NCBI GenBank assembly: GCA_034440375.1
Contig: JAWXBZ010000036.1
Span: 1 to 11,709 of the forward strand
Source: Candidatus Eiseniibacteriota bacterium
Lineage (GTDB): Bacteria > Eisenbacteria > RBG-16-71-46 > JABDJR01 > JAWXBZ01
Length of the DNA: 11,709 nucleotides
Direction of reading: 5' to 3'
Positions 1-7,457 of this stretch are shown here, piece after piece. Position 1 is the first letter of the stretch. The number at the start of each line of letters is the position of its first letter. A program made the translations under genes and the position numbers. The notes beneath the pieces were generated by a model. The model did not search any database and was not told the origin of the DNA. It saw only the letters and a list, made by a program, of their open reading frames with translations.

Positions 1-2
1 CG

Positions 3-713
3 GAACTGGTGCGCGAGGCTGCCGACTGGTCGCGGCGGATCGACTCTTTTCTGATTGCACGGGAAGAATCGATTCTCCAGAAACTGATCGGCGTCGGCGG
101 CGCCGCGTTGAGCGAAAGTTTCGAGGTGCAGGTCAAGGCCCGACTCGGCGACGATGCGGCTCCTCAGGTCGAGGCCGTTCTGGCCGGTGATGCGGTCACG
201 GTCCTCCGGAGTGTCCACTACGACCAGTTCGACACCTACTTCCAGTTCCGCGACCCGTCGCAGGGGCGGATCCGCTACCGCGACGACCAGTTTCTCAACG
301 AGAAAGGCGAGGTGACCGGCAGCCGGGCGCGCCTGACGCTCACCGAGCCGGTTCGCGAGGCGGAGTTCGGCGGTGTGCTCCTCTCGCGATCACGCTGGTT
401 CGCGCCGGCCACCCAGAGCCTCCGATTCTATCGCGAGTATTTCGAGCCGACCGCCGAAATCGAAATCGAGAAGGACCGGCACCGCTGGCAGGTTGTGTTT
501 CGCGGCGTCGAGTTCTACGTCAATCTGGACTTGCTCAAGAAGCCGGCCATGGACGGCCGGTGGCTTGAGATCAAATCGCGTACCTGGAGTCGTCGCGATG
601 CCGAGGACAAGGCCGCCTTGATCCAGGAACTGCTGAAACTCTTCGGCGCCACCCCGGACCATACCGTCCGCGAGGACTACCTGGAGCTGACGGCGGGAAC
701 GAGCGGGCGGTAG
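3..713 (+). CDS. 5'-truncated gene; C-terminal CYTH (triphosphate tunnel metalloenzyme)-like domain, probably of an amidohydrolase (MTA/SAH deaminase-like)-CYTH fusion
   Basis: Frame is open from position 3 (GAA CTG GTG...), so the GTG at 9 is probably internal. CYTH-like motifs occur in the expected order: FEVQVK (variant of ExExK), QFDTYF, RIRYR, EIEKDRHRW, VNLD, WLEIKS and terminal EDYLEL. The preceding helical segment (RRIDSFLIAREESILQKLIGVGG) resembles the linker I recall from amidohydrolase-CYTH fusions; that upstream domain is outside the window. Stop TAG at 711-713. Confidence 0.75.
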   Translation, partial: ELVREAADWSRRIDSFLIAREESILQKLIGVGGAALSESFEVQVKARLGDDAAPQVEAVLAGDAVTVLRSVHYDQFDTYFQFRDPSQGRIRYRDDQFLNEKGEVTGSRARLTLTEPVREAEFGGVLLSRSRWFAPATQSLRFYREYFEPTAEIEIEKDRHRWQVVFRGVEFYVNLDLLKKPAMDGRWLEIKSRTWSRRDAEDKAALIQELLKLFGATPDHTVREDYLELTAGTSGR

Positions 714-749
714 GGTCCGTCCGACCACGCCGGCGGTTTCATGTGCTCG

Positions 750-1571
750 CTATCGGCCCCGCGGGTGTGGATCAATCCGCCCATCGGACGGTCGCTTGAA
801 CTGGTCCAGGCGGAGTTGCGAAAGGCACGTCACATCGGACAACGTGGCCAGTCCCGTGGACGCCTCCGACAGGCCCGTGTCACGGGACCAATCGCGAAAC
901 GTCCATCGATGCGGAACGAATACGCCCTCGATGTCGCGATAGTCCGAATAGGTGATCGCGTTCGTCTCGGCCTTTCCGGAATCGGGGCCGGACCAGTAGG
1001 TGACGATGTAGACAACGGTGTCGAGTCGCCCGGTCGATGGATCGCGGGTGAGCAGGTACCAGTCGTCCGGCGCATCACCGGTTCCGGGGTCAAAACTCAA
1101 CCGAACGGCCGGCCGACGATCGGTGGCGGAGAGCAGGATGGTGCCGGCATCAGCCAGATGGACGCCCGGATCCTCCAGTTTCATCGGCAGGGCCAGGAAG
1201 TACGGCAGCGTCAGCGCGAAGAAGCGGGCGGCGGGAAATTCCGCCGCCGCCGGAGAAACCCAAGCTTCCCGGCCATCCCAGAGGACCATCGAGCCGTCCC
1301 TTCGATCGAGCCGCGTCCGTCCCATGGAGGGCTCGGTGATCATGCGGCCCGAGAAAGCCTCCTTGTCACCGAACCGGACGGTCATGGCCGCCGAGACGGC
1401 CGCCACTCCGTTCCAGGCATCAACGCCATGGGCCCGGCCAACCGCGCGAGCGAAGTCCGGCATGGACTCCTGCGCGGTGGCAATGTCGGAAAGCCCCGGA
1501 AATGCTGTCAGGGCAACGGCCGTCCATATCCAGGCGATGGCGCGACCGGATCGAATCGTCTCAACTGGCAT
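750..1571 (-). CDS. secreted/periplasmic DUF6503-like (LolA-type fold) hypothetical protein, 273 aa
   Basis: ATG at 1571 is preceded by a strong AGGAGGA Shine-Dalgarno and is preferred over the GTG at 1607. Signal-peptide-like N-terminus (IAWIWTAVALTAF...ATA/QE). Family-like motifs AHGVDAW, YFLALPMKLEDPGV, SFDPGTGDAPDDWY, VYIVTY and YSDYRDIEG. Confidence 0.7.
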   Translation of the reverse strand: MPVETIRSGRAIAWIWTAVALTAFPGLSDIATAQESMPDFARAVGRAHGVDAWNGVAAVSAAMTVRFGDKEAFSGRMITEPSMGRTRLDRRDGSMVLWDGREAWVSPAAAEFPAARFFALTLPYFLALPMKLEDPGVHLADAGTILLSATDRRPAVRLSFDPGTGDAPDDWYLLTRDPSTGRLDTVVYIVTYWSGPDSGKAETNAITYSDYRDIEGVFVPHRWTFRDWSRDTGLSEASTGLATLSDVTCLSQLRLDQFKRPSDGRIDPHPRGR

Positions 1572-1576
1572 CAAAA

Positions 1577-1583
1577 TCCTCCT
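1577..1583 (-). promoter_or_regulatory. Shine-Dalgarno site AGGAGGA for the gene starting at 1571
   Basis: + strand tcctcct at 1577-1583, 5 nt from the ATG. Confidence 0.75.
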
Positions 1584-1680
1584 CGAAGTCTGGCATTGGC
1601 ATCCCACACGGGAAGCGTGCTCCGACTAGGATTCCGCGTGAGGCAGATTAGTTACCGCGGCGGGTCACGGTGATCTCTTG

Positions 1681-2043
1681 TCAGGCCTCGACAAACACCT
1701 TGAATCCACCATAAGTCATTCGCTTGATGTCGAACGGCATCGCCTTCACATCCATCAACGGTTCCAGCCGGGGGTCCTTCATGACCCTGGCGTTGACCCG
1801 ATCCCGATGGGCGCGCGACATGTAGACGATCCAGGAGAAGATCACCGTCTCGCCCGACTTGGCCCCGGCAAGCTTTGAAAATGACGGCATCCCCTTCACC
1901 GCCAGATCGTCCCCAACGCATTCCCGGTACTCGAGAGCCCCGTGCTCCCGCCAGATCTTGCCCGCCTTGCGCGACATCTTCTGATACGCCGCCACCTTCT
2001 TCTTTGAAATCGGCAGGATGAAACCGTCGATGTATGGAGCCAT
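1681..2043 (-). CDS. ybaA: DUF1428 family protein (YbaA-like), 120 aa
   Basis: MAPYIDGFILP...WREHGALEYRECVGDD...ETVIFSWIVY.SRAHRDRVNARVMKDPRL...MPFDIKRMTYGGFKVFVE is a typical DUF1428 sequence. ATG at 2043 has AAGGAG at 2050-2055. The longer ORF call from 2139 overlaps the upstream gene. Confidence 0.92.
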   Translation of the reverse strand: MAPYIDGFILPISKKKVAAYQKMSRKAGKIWREHGALEYRECVGDDLAVKGMPSFSKLAGAKSGETVIFSWIVYMSRAHRDRVNARVMKDPRLEPLMDVKAMPFDIKRMTYGGFKVFVEA

Positions 2044-2044
2044 G

Positions 2045-2821
2045 TCAGTCTCCTTGTTTAGGGTTCTTGATGAGCCGCGCCACCACACCCAGCGACACGC
2101 CAAAAGGCAGGTCAAACCTCCGGATAAGTGCCTGTTCACTGGCGAAGACGGACGTCAGTGGCCCGTTCAGCGGACCGATCTGCAACGGTTTCAGGATATC
2201 CTCGGCATCGCGGGCGGGATCGCCTCCCGTGCCAGCCTTGCGGCCGCCGAGCAGCCGTGTGGCCACCGCCGCCGGAAAGAGCCAGAAATTGAAATAGGTC
2301 ATCCGGTCGATCACGAAGCCGCCTCGTTGCAGCGAGGCCTCGAGCGTGACACGTCGGTAGCGCCGCTGATGATGGTTCAGCTCATCGTGACGGCTCCAGA
2401 GAAAAGGAAAGGCCGGCACGGTGAGGATGAGGCGGCCGTCGTGGCGGAGCAGGCCGCGGATCCACTCGAGGAAGCCCGCCTCATCCGGCACATGCTCCAG
2501 GACGTCGAAGAGTGTGACAAGGTCGTACGGCGCCGGGGCGGTGAAACCCTCCTGGAGATGAACATCGCGGAAGCCGCGCCGGCGGCAGTAGTCGAGCGCC
2601 AGCGGCTCCGAGTCGATGCCGGTCACCGTTCCGAAACGGGAGAGGAGCGGCATCATCCCGCCGGTGCCGCAGCCGATGTCGAGAATGCGACGGGTGGCGT
2701 CCGCGGATCCTGGTGGCCTGAGCGCTCCCGTGAGGAGAGCCTCGACCACGGCCCGACGCCCGACAAACCACCAGTGTTGGTCCTCGACTTCAAAGAAGCG
2801 GTGGTAGAGGCTGGGATCCAT
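2045..2821 (-). CDS. class I SAM-dependent methyltransferase (glycosylation-locus-associated type), 258 aa
   Basis: Motif I ILDIGCGTGG, VTGID, YDLVTLFDVLEHV, GRLILTVPA, WSRHDELNHHQRRY and N-terminal EDQHWWFVGRR. Confidence 0.92.
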   Translation of the reverse strand: MDPSLYHRFFEVEDQHWWFVGRRAVVEALLTGALRPPGSADATRRILDIGCGTGGMMPLLSRFGTVTGIDSEPLALDYCRRRGFRDVHLQEGFTAPAPYDLVTLFDVLEHVPDEAGFLEWIRGLLRHDGRLILTVPAFPFLWSRHDELNHHQRRYRRVTLEASLQRGGFVIDRMTYFNFWLFPAAVATRLLGGRKAGTGGDPARDAEDILKPLQIGPLNGPLTSVFASEQALIRRFDLPFGVSLGVVARLIKNPKQGD

Positions 2822-2824
2822 GGG

Positions 2825-4345
2825 TCAGTCGCCTGACCCGTGCCATTCGATATGGCCGGCCCAGCCGGGATGGGGCTTGAAGGCCAGGGCCGGATCCTTC
2901 GACTTGAACAGTTCCGACCAGCCAGGCTCAGCGCTTCGGACATCGATATCGGACAGGTTTCGTAGATGAAAATCCCGGTCGACACTTCCCATCAAGTCGC
3001 TCATCCATGGGAGCTTCCTGGGATCGAAACCCATGAGTCGGGCCGCGACCGCGTCGACCGCGAGGAAGCTCTCGCCGGCCAGAATAACCCCCACCGGGCG
3101 GGCATCTGGAAAGAGGGGTCCATTCCCCTCACCCCCGACGATGCCGTCAACCAGGGAAAAGTGGCGCCTTTGAGGCGTCGCCTGAATGACGCCATTGCGA
3201 TCGGCGAAACGCGCGATGGTCATGAGATCCGACACCATGCGCCACGCCGAATCATTGCCGTGCCAGTTGCCGCCGTCAAACATGTTGATCTTCTCGGTCG
3301 ACCTTCGAATTAGTGGCCGCACGAGGCGGCGGAAAGGATTGTAGATGGCCAGAAAGATGCGATTGCCGAGTCGGTCCTTGCGTGCCAATAGCCTGTCGTA
3401 CAGGAATCGCTGAAGCTTCATGAGGGCTCTCTCGCCACTGGAAAGAACATTGGATGGGTACTGATCGCCGCCGGCCTCCTCGCCGCCGAGGGCGTAGTGG
3501 ATCAGATAGTTCTTGTTGGTTACGGTTCCGACCAGGCCCTTGGCGTTGAGGGTCACCCCGACCTTCTTATGGACTTTGAGTTTTGGGACCGAGATAAGGA
3601 CATCGGCGCCAAGAATCGTATTCGACACCATGTAGTCGTGTCGGCCACCGGAGTGGTGCGCCTGAGTCTCTTCGCGGTTGAAGTCGGCACCGTAGTAGGC
3701 CCGAGAACCTACCGCGTAAAAGGCGCTTCGGCTGCCCAGGTCGACTTTCGTGCTCCCATCGGGATCGCCTGGCAGTACCCGCCGATTGGCCTGGCTAGCG
3801 AAGTAGTTCTCGCCTTCATAGCGAAACCAGGCGTGTCGGAGATCGCGGATTGGGATATCGGCGCCAAAAACCCGTTGATACAGCTCCGTTACCACCGGTA
3901 GCCGGGAGCGATCCATCAGCTGCTCAAAATCACAATCGAGCTGGGGGGTGTCGGCGATGATGATCCGTCCTTTGCCGGTTGTCGCCAGCCAGACGTAGTC
4001 AAGGACGGCGCGCAGTACCGCCGGATGCGTAACCACCGAGAATGGATTTCCGCCTCGATAGTGATCGCTCAGGACGAAGTTTGGCTTGATGACCACTGTC
4101 TGCCCCGGCTGGATCACTTCGGCCAGCGGGTTCCAGGAGGGCATCCCAAAGCGAGCGGCATCGAGTCCAAGAAGCCGAAGTGCTTCCCTCACTGTCGTGT
4201 ATACGGGATTGGCCTCCGTGCCAATCGGGAGTTCGGCGGGGTACTCCGGCCATCGCGTATCCGGATTGTAGGGAGATTCGACAGGATACCCCGCCGGTCC
4301 CCGGGCGATGGAAACGATCGGATGACTCGTGCCCGGAGGGCTCAC
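2825..4345 (-). CDS. DUF362 domain-containing protein, about 506 aa
   Basis: DUF362-type motifs VVIKPNFV, THPAVLRAV, ADVLISVPKLKVH...VTLNAKGLVG, LVDGIVGGEGNGP and AVDAVAARLMGFDP. Probable start is GTG at 4345, 13 nt after the upstream stop and preceded by AAGGGG. The ATG at 4417 would overlap the upstream gene by 59 nt. Confidence 0.85.
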   Translation of the reverse strand: MSPPGTSHPIVSIARGPAGYPVESPYNPDTRWPEYPAELPIGTEANPVYTTVREALRLLGLDAARFGMPSWNPLAEVIQPGQTVVIKPNFVLSDHYRGGNPFSVVTHPAVLRAVLDYVWLATTGKGRIIIADTPQLDCDFEQLMDRSRLPVVTELYQRVFGADIPIRDLRHAWFRYEGENYFASQANRRVLPGDPDGSTKVDLGSRSAFYAVGSRAYYGADFNREETQAHHSGGRHDYMVSNTILGADVLISVPKLKVHKKVGVTLNAKGLVGTVTNKNYLIHYALGGEEAGGDQYPSNVLSSGERALMKLQRFLYDRLLARKDRLGNRIFLAIYNPFRRLVRPLIRRSTEKINMFDGGNWHGNDSAWRMVSDLMTIARFADRNGVIQATPQRRHFSLVDGIVGGEGNGPLFPDARPVGVILAGESFLAVDAVAARLMGFDPRKLPWMSDLMGSVDRDFHLRNLSDIDVRSAEPGWSELFKSKDPALAFKPHPGWAGHIEWHGSGD

Positions 4346-4358
4346 CTGGGCCCCTTTT

Positions 4359-5759
4359 TCATGCTCTATCCCCGTAGCGGAGCGGTAGCTCCTGCTCGAG
4401 GAACCGAAATTTGCCATTCTTCGCGCGCGAGAGAGTATCCACCCGGCTGATCGTCAGTTCCATATCACGACCGAGCTTTGCTTCGAGCGCCTCACGAATC
4501 CCTTGCTCAGCATGTGGTGCGTATCCGGCCTTCGGGATGAATCGAAACGTGACCTTTCCCGGCTCCCTCTGGTGAAACTGAAACTGCCGTATATCGTCGA
4601 AGACATTTGAGTGCATATTAATCGCCGTCATCGAAATCCAGCGCCCGGTGGCGGTGATGATCATTTCCTGGAGTCGTCCATCGATGTGATCGAGGAGCCG
4701 ATGGGGGCGACCGCACGCGGTACAGGACATGGGTCCCGTGGTTGCAAAATCCATGGTTCGATAGCGGATGAACGGGGTGGCATGATTCCAGAAGGAAGTG
4801 GCCACGATTTCGCCTGAGCCTCCCTCCTCCACTTCACGCCCCCCGGCGTCGAGTATCTCCGTAAACCCGTACAGCGGGTGCAGGTGAAACCTCGTGGACA
4901 ATTCGCATTCCGGGGCGAAGACCGCCTGTTCGGCATGCCCGTACCATGAAAAGAGTCGGGATCCCGGGAAGGCCTGCGCTATCCGCTCACGCTGGAAGCC
5001 GTACAGATTTTCAGATCCGAGAAAGATCGTGCGGAGAGTTGGAGACTCGTGACCGGGATCAGCCAGGACGATGTCGGCGAGGAGACTCGCGGCCGACGGG
5101 TATGCCTGCAGGTGTTTCGCTCCAAACGCCTCAATACGATCGCGGTAGGCGGGCCAGGTGTCGGCCGTCAACTCATAGGTCGAGAGGAGGAGATGTCCCA
5201 GGTGCGGATCCTCGCTCCAAAAATTCTCCTGCGTACCAACCCAAGCACCGCGCAGAACCGCCGAACGATCACCGAGCCTCCAGCCCGTCCGCTCCCAGGC
5301 AGAATGCATGAAGGCCCACTCCTGATCGATGGCGTCGGCCGGCAGGTGAAAGCCGAATGGGATTCCCGTCGAACCGGCGGTGGTGCGATAGACTCGATTC
5401 CAAGCGGGCAAACGCCTCGACGTAAACTCGGGGAGGTTTCCCGAAAGTTCCGCCTTCGTGATTCCTGGCAGGTGTCGAAAGTCGTCCAGAGTCCGGAGGT
5501 CTCCCGGACCAAACCCGGCCGCGCTCCAGAGGCGCCGGTACCCGGGGACGTCGTGCCATGTCCGGTCAATCAGCTGTCGAAGCCTTCCGAACTGCCAGGT
5601 GCGAATTGCCTCGCTGTCCCATGACTCGGCGGACGCGATCAGGCGTCGTGTACGCCAGTAGGCGCCACCAAATCGCCATTGAATTGGAAGCCGGGAATAG
5701 GCTTTGAGAAGCGCATGCCGAACTGGGGCTGGAAGCTGCCTGTAGAGTTGAATCCGCAT
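4359..5759 (-). CDS. CapK-like / phenylacetate-CoA ligase family adenylate-forming enzyme (ANL superfamily), 466 aa
   Basis: P-loop TTAGSTGIP, LQAYPS, SWYGHAEQ, GEIVATSFWNHATPFIRYRTMD, IDGRLQEMI and C-terminal catalytic Lys motif KNGKFR. Located in a polysaccharide locus, as CapK-type proteins usually are. Confidence 0.88.
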   Translation of the reverse strand: MRIQLYRQLPAPVRHALLKAYSRLPIQWRFGGAYWRTRRLIASAESWDSEAIRTWQFGRLRQLIDRTWHDVPGYRRLWSAAGFGPGDLRTLDDFRHLPGITKAELSGNLPEFTSRRLPAWNRVYRTTAGSTGIPFGFHLPADAIDQEWAFMHSAWERTGWRLGDRSAVLRGAWVGTQENFWSEDPHLGHLLLSTYELTADTWPAYRDRIEAFGAKHLQAYPSAASLLADIVLADPGHESPTLRTIFLGSENLYGFQRERIAQAFPGSRLFSWYGHAEQAVFAPECELSTRFHLHPLYGFTEILDAGGREVEEGGSGEIVATSFWNHATPFIRYRTMDFATTGPMSCTACGRPHRLLDHIDGRLQEMIITATGRWISMTAINMHSNVFDDIRQFQFHQREPGKVTFRFIPKAGYAPHAEQGIREALEAKLGRDMELTISRVDTLSRAKNGKFRFLEQELPLRYGDRA

Positions 5760-5773
5760 ATGCCAATTGGAGT

Positions 5774-5816
5774 CCGGCCACCACGCGGGCCGAGATTGGC
5801 GCCGGGTGATGGCCGG
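5774..5816 (-). other. intergenic GC-rich stem-loop
   Basis: On the - strand, CCGGCCATCAC (5816-5806) pairs with GTGGTGGCCGG (5784-5774) to give 11 bp with one G-U pair. Further inner pairing CGG(C)GCC/GGCCCG surrounds an AATCTC loop. There is no U-tract. Confidence 0.55.
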
Positions 5817-5857
5817 TCATCTTACGGAATTTGGTCAGCGGGGGAAAGTCGGGAGGA

Positions 5858-7375
5858 TCAGTTCGTTCGGATCAGGCGAAGTAACGTTGATTCGCCTTCC
5901 GCGGAACCGGCGCGAACGTGATACACGCCGCTGGTGCTCGGAACGCCCTGGTCGGTCGTCCCGTCCCAGGCGTAGTCGTGCCATCCCTGGTCCAAGACCT
6001 TTCCGGGTTCGAGAACTCGAACCAGACGGCCGCTGACGTCAAACACATCCAGGCGGACCTCGCTCGGCCCCGGCACGAAGACCCGAATGGTTGAGCCGAG
6101 TCGGGTCGGATTCGGGAAGCCAGCCAGATGGAGTCGCGACGAGGGCCGGGCAAAGTCAAACGACAATTGCCCAACAATTTCAGCGCGCCCCTGGCGATCG
6201 ACGGCCTCGAGCTCGTAGAACCATCGGGAACCCGACTCGGCGCCAGAATCGACGTGTCGGTAGGAACCGTCACCCCGTATCGGTCGATCATTGACGAGGG
6301 CCCACGGACCGGAGTCGGCGGTCGAGCGGTAGAGATTGAAATGGCTGTGGACACCATCCTGTGCTGCCTCCCACTCGACTTGGACTCCCACTTGCGTCGC
6401 TGAGGCCTCGAACCGCGAGAGAACCACGGCAATCGGCTCGTTCCGATCGAGAATCCATATGTTGTCGTTGCCTGTCTGCCGGCGTGAGGTGAAGGCAATT
6501 CGCTGGCCGTCTGGCGAGTAGGTCGCGTCGACATTGTTCGGGTCGAACGGTTCCACCGGGACATCGAACGTCAGTTGAGTCGAGGTAAGTGTTGCCAGAT
6601 CGAGTTCCCACAGTTCGAATCGATTCAGATTCTGACGCGTCGAATAGAGGATCTTGTCGTCCGCCGGCGACCAGTCGTTCGTCGACGTATTGCGCGTGAA
6701 AAAGGTCAACTGGGTCTGGCTGGCTGGATTGCCGATCGGCGCCCGAATGGCATTCAGCGCCGGGCCGTTAAAATCATTCTCAAAGATCAGGTGATTGCCA
6801 TCGTGAGATACGTGCGGGCGATTCTGAATGCCCGGCGCGGAATACACCAGCGAGACCGGTCCCCCTGTCGAGGAGACCCGATAAATATTCCAATTTGGAT
6901 TGTCATTACCGAGCCGGCGCGAAAAATAGATCTCGCTGCCGTCCGGTGTCCAGGAAGAATGCCAGTCAAGGTCATTGAAATCGTTCGGCGTCGAAATCTG
7001 TGTCGGGGGACCGCCGCCGATCGGCATCGTCCAGATGGTGGCCTGTTCGGTAGCCGACGGGTCAATGTTCATCCGAGTGAAGGCGATTGTCGTACCATCG
7101 GGCGATACCTCGGGCATCCGCTCATCGCCTGCCAGAGCGGTTAATTGCGTGGGCGTCCCGCCGGTAGCCGATACCTTCCAGAGATTCAGGTTGCTTGACC
7201 CCCCGTTCGACTCATAGATGATCGTCGATCCATCCGGCGTCCAGGCCGGGTGACGATCGATACCGGGCTGCGATGTCAATTGGAAAAATGTGCCGGCAAG
7301 GGCAGCGGACGGGAGGAGGGCGAAGGAAATGAGGGCCAAGCCAAGCAGTTGAAAAGACGGGCGAAAAGCAGTCAA
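5858..7375 (-). CDS. secreted TolB-like PD40 beta-propeller protein with FN3-like domain and C-terminal FlgD-Ig / T9SS-CTD-like domain, 505 aa
   Basis: TTG start preceded by AAGGGGG. Sec signal peptide ending ALA/G. Six PD40-like repeats. PIAVVLSRFEA...VEW...FNLYRS...YRHVD...YELEAVD is FN3-like. FPNP...VRLDVFDVSGRLVRVL...WDGTTDQG...SGVYHVR is a typical FlgD-Ig/secretion C-terminal domain. No TolB N-terminal domain is present, so this is not TolB itself. Confidence 0.88.
   Translation of the reverse strand: MTAFRPSFQLLGLALISFALLPSAALAGTFFQLTSQPGIDRHPAWTPDGSTIIYESNGGSSNLNLWKVSATGGTPTQLTALAGDERMPEVSPDGTTIAFTRMNIDPSATEQATIWTMPIGGGPPTQISTPNDFNDLDWHSSWTPDGSEIYFSRRLGNDNPNWNIYRVSSTGGPVSLVYSAPGIQNRPHVSHDGNHLIFENDFNGPALNAIRAPIGNPASQTQLTFFTRNTSTNDWSPADDKILYSTRQNLNRFELWELDLATLTSTQLTFDVPVEPFDPNNVDATYSPDGQRIAFTSRRQTGNDNIWILDRNEPIAVVLSRFEASATQVGVQVEWEAAQDGVHSHFNLYRSTADSGPWALVNDRPIRGDGSYRHVDSGAESGSRWFYELEAVDRQGRAEIVGQLSFDFARPSSRLHLAGFPNPTRLGSTIRVFVPGPSEVRLDVFDVSGRLVRVLEPGKVLDQGWHDYAWDGTTDQGVPSTSGVYHVRAGSAEGESTLLRLIRTN
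6446..7282 (-). repeat. six protein-level PD40 (WD40-like) repeats
   Basis: Repeat cores: PAWTPDGSTIIYES, PEVSPDGTTIAFTR, SSWTPDGSEIYFSR, PHVSHDGNHLIFEN, NDWSPADDKILYST and ATYSPDGQRIAFTS. Five of the six are preceded by QLT or QIS. Confidence 0.85.
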
Positions 7376-7440
7376 TGGTACCCCCTTGTGGCTGAGTGGG
7401 CGAAGAAGCGAGGGGCTCTATCGAGTCAAGCCAAAAACCA

Positions 7441-7457
7441 ATATAGTAAGACTATAT
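7441..7457. promoter_or_regulatory. perfect inverted repeat ATATAGT-N3-ACTATAT, candidate transcription-factor operator
   Basis: Seen directly as atatagt aag actatat at 7441-7457, in the most AT-rich stretch of the window, overlapping the predicted -10 element. Confidence 0.55.

Noticed and set aside
714..749. Possible bidirectional terminator between convergent genes
   Set aside because: Only a 4-bp GGTC/GACC stem and no convincing U-tract on either strand.
741..1673. 310-aa + strand ORF (and 1018-1629)
   Set aside because: Arg/Gly-rich antisense translations of the DUF6503-like gene, which has the SD, signal peptide and family motifs.
2018..2836. 272-aa + strand ORF
   Set aside because: Mirror of the methyltransferase on the opposite strand, with no independent evidence.
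4359..5759. Annotation as paaK (phenylacetate catabolism)
   Set aside because: No paa genes are nearby; the glycan-locus context fits the CapK-like group better.
5872..6564. 230-aa alternative-frame - strand ORF
   Set aside because: Ser/Arg/Pro/Thr-rich off-frame reading inside the intact propeller gene; no frameshift is needed to explain it.
5858..7375. Annotation as tolB
   Set aside because: It lacks the TolB N-terminal domain, has no tolQRA/pal neighbours, and carries extra C-terminal Ig-like domains.
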